Of a stretch of DNA of 53,630 nt, positions 23,640-36,710 are shown piece after piece. Numbering within the stretch: the first letter of the stretch is position 1; the number at the start of each line of letters is the position of its first letter. Location: positions 62,311,131-62,364,760 of the forward strand of contig NC_068985.1 in the NCBI RefSeq assembly GCF_001194135.2, given 5' to 3'. A program made the translations under genes and the position numbers. This stretch comes from Octopus bimaculoides. Lineage: Eukaryota. The notes below the pieces were generated by a model that saw only the letters and a program-made list of their open reading frames with translations, was not told where the DNA came from and ran no database searches.

Positions 23640-24705
23640 GTGAGATATAAATATTTTCCATTGTTTCAGTTTGAATAATATTTCTTGATCTTGGCTGAGC
23701 TTAGCCATCAAGTGAATATCTCCGTGAAAAGCCATGTTACATTTATATGCATTTGTAACCTATGACTATGAATTTCCTTGTAATTATCATTGTGAAATTT
23801 TTTACAAATTCTACAGTAATTAGCTTTCACTGATTTGAAAATTGAATCTGGTAATTCTCCTTTCTCGGTGGTTTATAAGGAGACTGTTAGATTTTTTTAT
23901 TCAGAGTTTATCTACATTCATTGATACAGTTTATCTGCTTTCGAAGCTACACGCACTGGCAGAGTTCTTCTCTTCCAGAAGTTACACTCATTGGAAGACA
24001 TGTTGGGAGCTAGGTTTACTGTGCTATTGAAGGGTAACGTGTCTACAAGATAAACACACAAGTGACAAAGTGACACCGTGACATGTCACTAGTAAACAGG
24101 TGGCGTGGTAGACATATTATTTGGAAATAAACACAGAAACAACATCCGTGATCTGTCAGTAGCTATCCATCCTTTGTCTGTTTGTCTAACACCATCAACT
24201 TATCAATCCATGAATGCGAAACATAAAAATTTCGTAACGGTGTATCAATGGCACAATAATGAAGAATTCAATTTCACATCAGACTAGAAGAGCTAAACAC
24301 TGCCCATGCTAATATGTATTCACTAATCTGCTAGAAATAGCAGTCAAATCATCTAAATCATACTTTACTGTGATGGGATTTGAACTCAAAAATAAAGGGA
24401 ATAACTAATTGGTAATAATCACGATCTTTGTCAGAACTCTACCATGTCTTTAAATCCACCAACCCTCTCTAAATATAAGTAACTGATATTATGAAATAAT
24501 GGTGAGCATTGTAAAACTCACAATAAAGAATTACTGGTTACCATCGCAGAGTTCGCAAGAAACCAGCATCGGATTGTCAAAACCACTTAATTTTCTTGAT
24601 GTCACAAATTCTCAGTGGAAAGACGTGTCACATTCATCACCCACCTAACCCCCCATGAACTGTGTACTTAGTCAAATATAAACAAATATTAACATCTACT
24701 TTGTT

Positions 24706-24850
24706 ATGGCGGCAAGGCAAAAAATCATTAGCAGGCAAGGCAAAAAGCTTACTGAAATTTAGTCTGTTTTTACGTTCGCAGTTCAAATTCCGCTGTAGTC
24801 GAAGAATCTTTACGGTGTTGATAAAATAAGTACCAAAATTTGAAACCGAT
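24706..24850 (+). mobile_element. SINE family A, degenerate and internally deleted
   Basis: ggcggcaaggcaaaaaatcattagc...gttcaaattccgc...gataaaataagtaccaaaatttgaaacc. Confidence 0.6.
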
Positions 24851-24980
24851 ATTCTTAGGAAAGATCTGGTCTGCTTTTATCCTCTAAAATATACGATATT
24901 TAGGCCGACACAAAATTAAACTAATATTGAGGAATAAATTTAAATTTCTCTTTTATTTTCATTTTTTTTTTCTTTCTTAG

Positions 24981-25255
24981 ATGGCGTTCAAGTACAACCC
25001 AACACCAACAGCTTGGAAAAAATTATTGTTTACGTTCATGATAAACTGAAAGACTCTGACGATGACCAGTATGCCCCAGACAACATGTGTGGCTATGTAT
25101 CTGCATTGAACAATGCTATATTTCAACCCAAATTGCACGTACAATGTATTCGTTCTCTGAGTGGGCGTTATCTATCCATTGAAGCTTGGGGCAAAAGTTA
25201 TACGTTTAACAAACTTTTTAGTGCTACTTTCTGTGAAGTACAAGTTTACGCATAA
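24981..25255 (+). CDS. Terminal coding exon: C-terminal half of the F-type-lectin-like domain
   Basis: Long T tract plus ttcttag acceptor, phase 1, in frame with ORF 25013. DGVQVQPNTNSLEKIIVYV...NMCGYV...HVQC..SLSGRYLSI...FCEVQVYA* shows the FTL 'C...C...GRYV...LCEVEV' ending. Confidence 0.9.
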
Positions 25256-26049
25256 ACCTCGAATACATGCAGGAAGTGAACGATTATTCCTAAATGAATT
25301 GAGATCTGACATTTGTCTTACCTCATCCACCCACAAAAAAGAGAAAAGAGGGAAGTGGGTAAAAAAAAGAGCCGTAAAACAAAATATATAGAAGGATGTA
25401 TCAATTTTAGTACTATATTGAAATACTTCTAATGTGAAAGCCATACACGAGATTCATACATATATTTACGCAAACACACAAACATTACTGCGTGTATATA
25501 TACACATTCATACGAGTAAATGAGCGGGAAAACAGAGTGAAAATTGTTGCTGGATTTTTGAAATTTGACTCAAACATATTACAATTGCACAATTGACTAA
25601 AAAGTACATCATGGTAGAATATTTAATTATGAATTTAATACGCGACGGAATATTTTAGAGACAATTGCAATAATACAACAGTGAAATGTTTTAGTAAGAC
25701 AATAAAACAGTGAAATATTTTAGTATGATAATAAAACAGAGTAAATATGGAACAATTTCCAGGACAAAATATAACAATTAGACATTTCAAGAGAAGACTC
25801 GACACAAACACAACCGGCAACAGAACTGAAATGTATTTTCTACATGCTTTATGGTTTTTTAAAAGTGTTTCACAGTAACAATAATTAAAATGTTTAATTA
25901 AAAGCTATATCTCCCCACTACACATCAATATTAATATTTCATAGAATAATGATAAGCACAGCAAACGTGTTTTTCTAAAATTTCAGTTTTTCCAAAAGTT
26001 TTAACATTAGCATGTTTCCTAAATAGAATTCATTTTGCTTCTTGTCCTG

Positions 26050-26229
26050 TGTGTGAGTGTGTGTGTGTATGTATGTATGTATGTATGTATGTATGTATGC
26101 ATGTATGCATGCATGCATGTATGTATGTATGTATGAGTGTATGCATACACATATATATATACGTATGTATATAATGATATAATTATAAATATATATAGCT
26201 TAATTCGCATTTATTTTCTATAAAAAAAT

Positions 26230-26285
<56 letters not shown>

Positions 26286-27368
26286 NNNNNNNNNNNNNNN
26301 NNNNNNNNNNNNNNNNNNNNNNNNNNNNNNNNNNNNNNNNNNNNNNNNNNNNNNNNNNNNNNNNNNNNNNNNNNNNNNNNNNNNNNNNNNNNNNNNNNNN
26401 NNNNNNNNNNNNNNNNNNNNNNNNNNNNNNNNNNNNNNNNNNNNNNNNNNNNNNNNNNNNNNNNNNNNNNNNNNNNNNNNNNNNNNNNNNNNNNNNNNNN
26501 NNNNNNNNNNNNNNNNNNNNNNNNNNNNNNNNNNNNNNNNNNNNNNNNNNNNNNNNNNNNNNNNNNNNNNNNNNNNNNNNNNNNNNNNNNNNNNNNNNNN
26601 NNNNNNNNNNNNNNNNNNNNNNNNNNNNNNNNNNNNNNNNNNNNNNNNNNNNNNNNNNNNNNNNNNNNNNNNNNNNNNNNNNNNNNNNNNNNNNNNNNNN
26701 NNNNNNNNNNNNNNNNNNNNNNNNNNNNNNNNNNNNNNNNNNNNNNNNNNNNNNNNNNNNNNNNNNNNNNNNNNNNNNNNNNNNNNNNNNNNNNNNNNNN
26801 NNNNNNNNNNNNNNNNNNNNNNNNNNNNNNNNNNNNNNNNNNNNNNNNNNNNNNNNNNNNNNNNNNNNNNNNNNNNNNNNNNNNNNNNNNNNNNNNNNNN
26901 NNNNNNNNNNNNNNNNNNNNNNNNNNNNNNNNNNNNNNNNNNNNNNNNNNNNNNNNNNNNNNNNNNNNNNNNNNNNNNNNNNNNNNNNNNNNNNNNNNNN
27001 NNNNNNNNNNNNNNNNNNNNNNNNNNNNNNNNNNNNNNNNNNNNNNNNNNNNNNNNNNNNNNNNNNNNNNNNNNNNNNNNNNNNNNNNNNNNNNNNNNNN
27101 NNNNNNNNNNNNNNNNNNNNNNNNNNNNNNNNNNNNNNNNNNNNNNNNNNNNNNNNNNNNNNNNNNNNNNNNNNNNNNNNNNNNNNNNNNNNNNNNNNNN
27201 NNNNNNNNNNNNNNNNNNNNNNNNNNNNNNNNNNNNNNNNNNNNNNNNNNNNNNNNNNNNNNNNNNATACTAATCTTTAATAAAAGTTCCTATTCATTTT
27301 TAATATCAATAAGATTTTGCATAAAAACTTTGTTAATCAGAAGTATTCTTTGCTTCATTTAAATATAC

Positions 27369-27420
<52 letters not shown>

Positions 27421-27783
27421 TACTCAAACACGATATTCTAAAATTCATACACTCACAGATTAAGTCGTAATCTGTGCATCACTATACTAGTATGTAAAAG
27501 AATTATTTTCAGATATAACCATCTTTATACGCGTGCGTATCTGTGTGTGCATGTGTATGTGTGTCTAAAATCAACCTTATCAATGTTACTTGAGTCATAC
27601 TGGGCTCCTAAATAATCACTGAAGCAGTGTTATATAACAGAATTAAACCATCTAAAGTTTCATACATGCGTACATATATATATATATTCAAACAAATCTA
27701 TATGTATGTATATACATATATATATGGATGTGTGTATGTGTATGTATGTGTGTGCATATATATGCACACACATACATATATAC

Positions 27784-27850
<67 letters not shown>

Positions 27851-28521
27851 CATATGTATATTTCAGTGTTTCAATGTATATACTGCGAGTGTGTAAAATT
27901 GAGATATATCATATGAATTTATAATCATATATATGTGTACATGTATGTGTGTGTATATATATATATGTAGGTACCATATATATGTCTGTGTACATGTATG
28001 TGTATATGTATGTGTATATATGTATGTATATATTTTTATATATATATATATATACATATATACATATATATATATATCTACATATATATCTACATATACG
28101 TATATATNNNNNNNNNNNNNNNNNNNNNNNNNNNNNNNNNNNNNNNNNNNNNNNNNNNNNNNNNNNNNNNNNNNNNNNNNNNNNNNNNNNNNNNNNNNNN
28201 NNNNNNNNNNNNNNNNNNNNNNNNNNNNNNNNNNNNNNNNNNNNNNNNNNNNNNNNNNNNNNNNNNNNNNNNNNNNNNNNNNNNNNNNNNNNNNNNNNNN
28301 NNNNNNNNNNNNNNNNNNNNNNNNNNNNNNNNNNNNNNNNNNNNNNNNNNNNNNNNNNNNNNNNNNNNNNNNNNNNNNNNNNNNNNNNNNNNNNNNNNNN
28401 NNNNNNNNNNNNNNNNNNNNNNNNNNNNNNNNNNNNNNNNNNNNNNNNNNNNNNNNNNNNNNNNNNNNNNNNNNNNNNNNNNNNNNNNNNNNNNNNNNNN
28501 NNNNNNNNNNNNNNNNNNNNN

Positions 28522-28565
<44 letters not shown>

Positions 28566-28586
28566 GTATATATACACAAATACACG

Positions 28587-28620
<34 letters not shown>
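26050..28620. repeat. (TA)n/(TATG)n/(CA)n-rich low-complexity region with large assembly gaps
   Basis: Directly visible. All ORFs here are repeat or N artefacts. Confidence 0.9.
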
Positions 28621-28622
<2 letters not shown>

Positions 28623-28974
28623 GTTTAAAATTATGTACTCGAGATTCAATGTCCGTCAGTGGGTATATTATATTTCGTTCTGAAAATGTTGTCTACAGCT
28701 GTATAAACTTTTAATAAATATACATATACATACATGTGCATAGATGATAGTCAGTTTATTTGTACTTATGTTTATAAATTGCTGTACATTTTATGTATAA
28801 TCAATTATATCTCTACATGTATATTTCTGTGACTGCGTGCACGCTTCATGCGTACACGGTACATTTTTTATAGGTAATACTGTATCGTTTTCTTTCTCCC
28901 CCACTTGTCTCTCTCCACGCATACATATAGACTTATATATACATAAATTCATACATACATACATACATACAATG

Positions 28975-30860
28975 ATGTTGTTTTATTCTTTTTGTAAACC
29001 CCCTCTCATTTATTTATGTTATGGAAGTCTGAAGGATATCTCACTGATTCACAAGGAAACAGAAATACCAAAATTACACAGCTTCTTTGTGGATAACTTA
29101 AAATTTTATGCAAAGAATATGCATGAGAAGAAAAAGAGCTTTGACCTAGTTACAGCATTCTCAAAGAGTGTAGGATTAGAGTGTGGTCACGATAAATGTT
29201 ATATGGCTGTGAAAAGGGGGAAATCTATAAACCAGACGAGTTAATGATTTGACTGTTTCCCCTGTATCTGACGAGGAATGTTACAAGTATCTAGGGGTGG
29301 ATGAAAATATATCTTACAGTGGCACCTGTAACAAAACACGTATCACTAAAGAATATTATAGCCGAATAAAAAAAATTTGGACCTCAGAACTCTGCATTCA
29401 ATAAAACAGTGGCCCACAATGTGTTTTCAGTGCCAGTACACATACTAGCATTTGTGCTGCTTAAATGGACGCTTGATGAAATCCGAGACATTGATGTGAA
29501 AATTTTCACATAAACAGTGATGTAGACCGCTTCTACCTAAAACGAAAACAAGGCGGAAGAGGCTTAACATCGATCCAAAATGCCTTTAAATGTCGCATCA
29601 TATCCCTTCGGCAGCATCTATTAATAAACAAGTGTCGAAGTGCATCCCTTGACCAAGTTTGCATACATGAGGCAGATAACATCATAAGACTTGGAAGGCA
29701 GCTCCTTGAGCAATGCTCTTTGTCTGATAACCTAGAATACATGCCTAAAGAAGTCACACGACTCTACCGCAACGTATCATCAGATGAAAGGTTGAGCAGA
29801 AGACCATGCAGGGATATGTTACTAAAAAGCTCCGTGATGATGGTAACATCGATCATCAAAGAAGTTTATCATGGATTAATAGCCGGATTACTACCTCCCA
29901 CTTTGAAGGGTATGCGTTTGCAATCCAGGAACAGGAAATATCAACCAAGTACTTGATGCACAAAAAGAATAGAGATGCAGATAAAGCCGTAAAGTGTGAC
30001 AACCGATGCAGGCTTTGTGGAGTTCACACTGAAGATATCACCCACATCATAAATAGTTGTCCGAAAATGTCATACCGGTATTATCTACTGATGAGACATA
30101 ACGTTGTAGCTGAGACACTCTATAATGAAATCCGTTGGAAAGATAATCCCGAGGACAAAGAAATAAGAACCCACGATATGGTAGACACCATAGCTACTCG
30201 TAATAAAAAGGAATACTGGTGGAATGTACCAGTGAAGATATCAATAAAATGTAAGCACAACAGACCTGATATAATGATTTGGGATAGAGAAGATAAACTG
30301 TGCACAATTGCGGAAATTAGCTGCCCAGTGGATGTTAACATAAAGCTGAAGATCAGTGAAAAAGAAACACCTACGCTGAACTATTGAGAAATCTGAAGTT
30401 ACTCTATCCAGATTACAAGTTCAGGTTTATACCTGTAATTATTGGGACCCTGGGATATGTAACACACTGCCTAAATACCAATCTTGAGAAATTAGGCTTC
30501 TCAAAACCAGAAAGGGGGAAGCTAATTCGAAAACTACAGATCCAATCCATCACTGGAACTGTAAAAATCTGTAAAACTTTCCAGTTTATCATTTAAATAT
30601 ATATATATATAAGCATGTCTAGATATGCAACTATATGCATGAGAATACATACATAAAACATACATACATACATACATACATACATACATACATACATACA
30701 TACATACATACATGCGTGCTTACATACATACATGCATACATACATAATTACATACATACCCTGTTGTTGATGTTGAAATTCTAATGAAGGAGCCTTGGAT
30801 TTAGGTTAGAAACTGGTTCTTTCTCTATTGGCAAGAAATCTTGAAATAAACTGAATAATG
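28975..30860 (+). mobile_element. R4/Dong-type retrotransposon, 5'-truncated (RT domain 4 to 3' UTR), frameshifted
   Basis: FFVDNLKFYA; YKYLGVDE; VDRFYLKRKQGGRGL; EGYAFAIQEQEI; CRLCG...DITHIINSCPKM..RYYL.RHNVVA (CCHC finger); RPDIMIWD...EISCPVD (RLE). Stop at 30596; UTR contains (TACA)n and ends at (GACA)/(GATA)n. Confidence 0.92.
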
Positions 30861-30882
30861 ACAGACAGACAGACAGACAGAC

Positions 30883-30939
<57 letters not shown>

Positions 30940-31084
30940 TACACATATATATATATACATATATATAAGCATATAGTTATAAATACACACATACACACAC
31001 ACAAACATATGTAAATATAGCTATAAAAGTTTGATGATATACCAACTGAGCAAGGGTTTGGTGATGCAAACAGGAACATAAAAT

Positions 31085-31275
31085 TCATAATAAGAGCGCT
31101 TGACGGCCGGTGTTAGTGTGTTTACATCCCTGTAACATAGCGGTTCGGCAAAAGAAATCGAGAGAATAAGTACCAGGCTTAAAAACAAGTCCTGGGTTCG
31201 ATCTGTTCGACTAAAACCCTTCAGAATGGCCGTAGTCAAACGACTGAAACAAGTAAAAGATAAAAGATAGAAGAT
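31085..31275 (+). mobile_element. SINE family B, 3' half
   Basis: cttgac...agcggttcggcaaaag...aataagtaccaggc...gactgaaacaagtaaaagata, matching 47860-48045. Confidence 0.75.
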
Positions 31276-31746
31276 ATATCTGTTTTGGAATAATACGCAC
31301 GAGCAGCCTTCAACTTTTCCTGTCCAAAAGGGCTTTTCATCCCAATATTTATCTTTATACCTGTTTGTGATGTGCTTCCAAAAAAGAATTGTTTCACGTT
31401 CTCTCGAAAGTTTATGAAATTCATGTGACGTCAGCAATATGAGTGTATCTTTTATCTTTTACTTGTGTCAGTCAAAAGACTACACTGCCTTGAATGTTTT
31501 TCCCGATGACGGAAATAAATAAATAAATGAATAATTAAATAAGGAAAGTTAAAAATTAATGAAAGGTATGTATGCATACATAAGCACACATATAAATGAA
31601 TGTGCTGGTATGTACGTATCCTTATAAAACCTGTGTGTACAAAAATACACGCATTTGCGCATACATAAACACATACATACGCACACACTCATGCATGTAT
31701 ATTCACACACACACAAACATGCAACCATGCTCATACATGCACCCAT

Positions 31747-31782
<36 letters not shown>

Positions 31783-32514
31783 AGGTGTATATGTACCAAT
31801 AATATAAACATTACACGAACAGGAACAAACTAAACTATAAAATTATCATGTTATATGTTCTTACAGAAAACAACATGAATTATTAACTCTGATACAACAA
31901 ATATCTACTTAGATGGTTTTACATGTACGTACGTATGATACAGATATATACACAAGTACATACACAAATACATTCACATACTGATGCCTTAGATGTACGC
32001 GCGTAAGCCCATACACACACATATATACATGTGTCCATTCGTACACAAGCACACAAGTATATAAAAACACTGCTGTGGGAACGTTATGGTGTATTTTGTT
32101 GTGTAGTAGGAAAGAGAAACAAAGTAAAGACCATTATCTTCGGCGATATTACATTGTATAATACACATAAACATATACGAATGTTTATACAATTATACAC
32201 ACACACACACACAAACGTTTATGATGTAACATATGAAGCTTTCGGTCCCTGGATAACTCTGTAACACCTGCTAATTATTAAAGGCAGACTCACAGTAACG
32301 TTAAAGTCTTGGCTTGCTAGCCTCCGTAACACAGTGTGACGAACGTGAACTGGCCGAAACCTCCATGTCTCTGTAAAGATTTCATTGATATGTGACTCCA
32401 TTAAAAAGTTTTGAGTAATCCTTGTTAAATTGTTTTTATATATAATTCCACCTAAAAACAAACATTACTGTACATACATATACGTGTATATATATATGTG
32501 TGTGTGTGCGTGTA

Positions 32515-32546
<32 letters not shown>

Positions 32547-32550
32547 CGTA

Positions 32551-33330
32551 CTAACTGAATTACCCGGTGTTGTCCGGGTTACTACTGTTATTCAGATTAG
32601 TAAAACATTAAATAAGAAGTTATATTTTTCTCATAATTATTTCAAATTATCTATATTTTATTTTAAAATATCCAAATTGTAATGATAATAGAATCTAGAA
32701 CTGAAAATCTTGAACCACCTCAGGGTAAACAATATTCATTGTGTAAATTTTTGTTGGTGTCCAAATGAATAAATTGTTTCTGCTTCCGACTCGTGCGCAA
32801 CCAACATAGAGTTGGCTGTGGGAGAAGCATGTAGTAGAGAGATCAAGTACCTTGAGGGATTGACCCTGAAATTTGTTAACTGAAATACCAAAACTTTTCT
32901 AGAAACTGAAGCCTTTTAAATTCAAATGGAACATCTGTTGGCATGAGAGGAAATTTTGGAATAAAGACATTTTCTTCTTTCTGGCAACTTGTTATGATTG
33001 TTGCCTGTAAGACATGGGGCTTCGTGGAAGTAACAATTAAGCGAATTCCGTTACACAGGTGAGGTGGGTCAAAATTCCTAAGCAAAATAGTGGGTGCATC
33101 CAGCTTTAGTGTCAAGTTGTGCGGTAGCATCCCAGTGGGTTTAAGTGTGTTGAGAAATTCAACAGAGCATTGAACTGCTTGATGTCGGTCGACTGTTGTG
33201 TGAAGTGATGGAAAAGTCGTTTCTGATGTATGTGTTAACTTTTGAAGAAGTTCATGATTGCGTTTATCAACTAGTTTATTAGTTGGAGCCAGTATAGCTC
33301 TTTCACACAGCCAGTTTACATCAGTGTAAT
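32551..33330 (-). mobile_element. Helitron, 5'-truncated: PIF1-family helicase C-terminus plus 3' terminus
   Basis: RAILAPTN...VEFLNTL.PTGM.PHNL.LK....ILLRN.DPP.LCNG.RL...FKRLQF; after a frameshift, NK.QGQSL...CFSHSQLYVGCARV...NIVYPEV. Terminal hairpin acccgg/ccgggt (32562-32579) lies 7 nt from a TTAG end followed by T. Confidence 0.9.
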
Positions 33331-33758
33331 TGACAATCACACATACATACACTCTCACATACATACACTAAGACAGACATACATTTACGTAACGAACGCG
33401 CAGACACACAGACATTCAGACACATACATACTCATATATAAAATGTGACGTCGTAGTCGTGGTCGTGGTATAAAATGTCCTTTACTATCTCGTACGTATC
33501 GAACGCGCAACCACACACACACTCACAGACACATACATACTCATATACAAAATGTGTCGTCGCGGTGGTATAAAATGTCCTTTACTACAGCTAACTATAG
33601 AAAGATTATTTTCGATAAAATGTTATACTGTTTTAATCCAAATGAAGATAAAAATTACATGTTGACATTCGCGGAGTCTAATACTATTGCCTTGTAAAAT
33701 TTGATTTGATTTGGTGGAACCGTTTGAGAATGCATAGGGAACAGACAGACAAATAATG

Positions 33759-33810
<52 letters not shown>

Positions 33811-33819
33811 GTGTGTGTA

Positions 33820-35030
33820 TTGGGTCATCCCATAAATACGGTTTTTTCAACCGCATGAACTAAAAGACGGAAGGAGGCGGGATGAACTACCTGCATCAAC
33901 TTGCTATAAAAGCATGTTGTAATTTTACCTTGTCCTTGTTCTTAGTGCAAGTTTTAAAGAGTGCAGTTCGATTTTAACAGTTATTTTTTTCAAAGCTATA
34001 ATAGAAATGACAAAATAGTATATTCGACATATTTTGCTTTATGAGTTCAATAACAGAAAGTGCGAGGAATATTAATGCAGTAAATAGAGATCGGACAATA
34101 CNNNNNNNNNNNNNNNNNNNNNNNNNNNNNNNNNNNNNNNNNNNNNNNNNNNNNNNNNNNNNNNNNNNNNNNNNNNNNNNNNNNNNNNNNNNNNNNNNNN
34201 NNNNNNNNNNNNNNNNNNNNNNNNNNNNNNNNNNNNNNNNNNNNNNNNNNNNNNNNNNNNNNNNNNNNNNNNNNNNNNNNNNNNNNNNNNNNNNNNNNNN
34301 NNNNNNNNNNNNNNNNNNNNNNNNNNNNNNNNNNNNNNNNNNNNNNNNNNNNNNNNNNNNNNNNNNNNNNNNNNNNNNNNNNNNNNNNNNNNNNNNNNNN
34401 NNNNNNNNNNNNNNNNNNNNNNNNNNNNNNNNNNNNNNNNNNNNNNNNNNNNNNNNNNNNNNNNNNNNNNNNNNNNNNNNNNNNNNNNNNNNNNNNNNNN
34501 NNNNNNNNNNNNNNNNNNNNNNNNNNNNNNNNNNNNNNNNNNNNNNNNNNNNNNNNNNNNNNNNNNNNNNNNNNNNNNNNNNNNNNNNNNNNNNNNNNNN
34601 NNNNNNNNNNNNNNNNNNNNNNNNNNNNNNNNNNNNNNNNNNNNNNNNNNNNNNNNNNNNNNNNNNNNNNNNNNNNNNNNNNNNNNNNNNNNNNNNNNNN
34701 NNNNNNNNNNNNNNNTAAATGGGAAACGATGCCCCACCCGCCATATTCGCTGGATATCGTCCCATCTGATTATCATTTATTCCGCTGTCTTCAAAATCAT
34801 TTGGACGGAAAAAATATGAATTCTGTAGAAGTCAGAACAGAAGTGGCAGAGTATTTTTCGTCACGAACAAGTGAATTTTGGAAGAGGAACCTTGCAACTC
34901 TACCAGATAGATGAAAGAGCATTGTAGAAAATGAAGAGAGTATATTTTAGATTAAAAAAGAACTTTGCTTATCTTAATTTTGAAAAATGAAGGAAGTATA
35001 AAGAGCCGCATTATTTTGGGGATGACCCAA
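33820..35030 (+). mobile_element. Mariner (DD34D-type) transposon, defective, interrupted by a gap
   Basis: TIRs ttgggtcatcccataaata / tattttggggatgacccaa with TA duplications at 33818-19 and 35031-32. N-terminal IRHILLYEFN; C-terminal HPPYSLDIVPSDYHLFRCLQNHLDGK. Confidence 0.92.
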
Positions 35031-35091
35031 TATATATACAATCGCAAAGAAACACACATTTATAAGCATATGTGCGTTTGTGTGTACACAA

Positions 35092-35122
<31 letters not shown>

Positions 35123-35649
35123 GCCGGTGAGATATAAATATTGTACACAGAGTATAGTTATGAGCTACTAAGAGTTTCATGCATTGGAGATGTTTTCTTA
35201 GCAGGTTCTAATAACACGCCTGGTGTTTCCAATCAATCTTTGGGCTCTACGTACATGGCAATGTGCTCAGAGCCCGGAGATTGCCTAGTTCACTTTGAAT
35301 TCATCCCATTTTGGATTGTCTTCATAACGTTGTGTTAGCATGTTTTCGAATATATTAATTTGATAGGTATCTTATGAATTTTCTTCTGTATCTAAATATG
35401 CTGGCACAGTAGAAACGGTCGTCAATAATTAAATATGACTTTCTCCATTCTTGTTGTGTGTGTGTGTGCGTGTGTGTGTATGTGTGTGTGTGAGTAAAAA
35501 GAGTAAGACAGTGGGGTAGAAGTGCAAACAAGTAAGAGAGTACAATAGCTTATACATACTTGCATGTGTAGCATATTATGGGTGTAGAAACCCATACAAA
35601 TAAAGCACAAAATTTATATATATGGATACAAGTAGCTGCATGCAGATGT

Positions 35650-36600
35650 GCAGCAATATCTGGACATAACCATATTACCAAGTCGAAGTGCTTTTACTGA
35701 GAGGCCTATAAGGGAGTGGCATGGTGGTGCTGCTTGTCTGAGGTTTGTAATTTGGGGGCCGGATGGAGAGGTGCTGAAAAGTTTTATAGGAGGGCTGGAA
35801 TTGCCGGATGGTGTGACTGTAAGAGTTGTCTGGATTATGTTATTAGGTAAATGTTGTGTTATTATATTTGGAGATTATGGTGTAAAGATGTTATTTTTCT
35901 GAGTGTTGCTAGTGTATATCGTGTGTACGCTGTAGGGATCGGACAAGAATTGACGTTGCCTATAGTGGTGCACTATAGACAAGTTTTGATGAGGGACGGC
36001 TTTTCTGAAGTTCTGATGAGGGACAGGTTTTCTGAAGTTCTGATGTGGGATGGTTTTTATGTGCTTTTAAAATGAAATAAGTTGGCTTTAGAGGTTGAGG
36101 AGACTCTATGTGCAAAGAGGATTAGTCTTTGTTCGGAGATATAGAAAATTTAGAATTTGCGTGTTGGATTGTGCAATATTGCCTTATCAAAGATGCCCCA
36201 GGTGACAGAGTGGCGGGTGTGTATTTATTGACGGCCCAGATGAGGTTAAAATGCGAAATGTCTTATCTTTTTATGTTTATGAATAAGCGCTGGCGTGTTA
36301 GCGCCCATTTAAAGAATTAATGGGAACCCTAGAGTATGCTTTTGTGCAGGCATATATTTTTTAAAGAGAGAGTAGTTGCATGATCTTGTGCGTGTTTTAG
36401 AGTGATGCGTGTCGAGGATTTCTATATGATTATATATGAGACAATCTGGGCGAAGTTTTGTATTGTGGTGGAGTATGAAACTGTTTTTAAAAAATGTTAT
36501 CTGTGTCATGAGGGTTTTATCACAAAGATAAGGTGGTACATGGAGATGTATATACTTAGAGATTGAGAGGTGCAATGTACCAGATGATTCAAAGTTTTGC
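35650..36600 (-). mobile_element. Possible ancient Penelope-like RT remnant
   Basis: C/A-rich minus strand with weak echoes of PLE RT motifs (QKH...MGANxA). Heavily frameshifted. Confidence 0.3.
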
Positions 36601-36662
36601 GGTTGTTCCAAAGTGCTACGTGTACGTGTTTTATCTTTCCTTTACAGCTACTGTTGTTGTTG

Positions 36663-36710
<48 letters not shown>

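Noticed and set aside
31275-31440. Protein-like ORFs in two minus frames (LTSHEFHKL..., NFINFRENVK...)
   Set aside because: A 160-bp island between two SINE tails with no splice acceptor and no motif I recognise.
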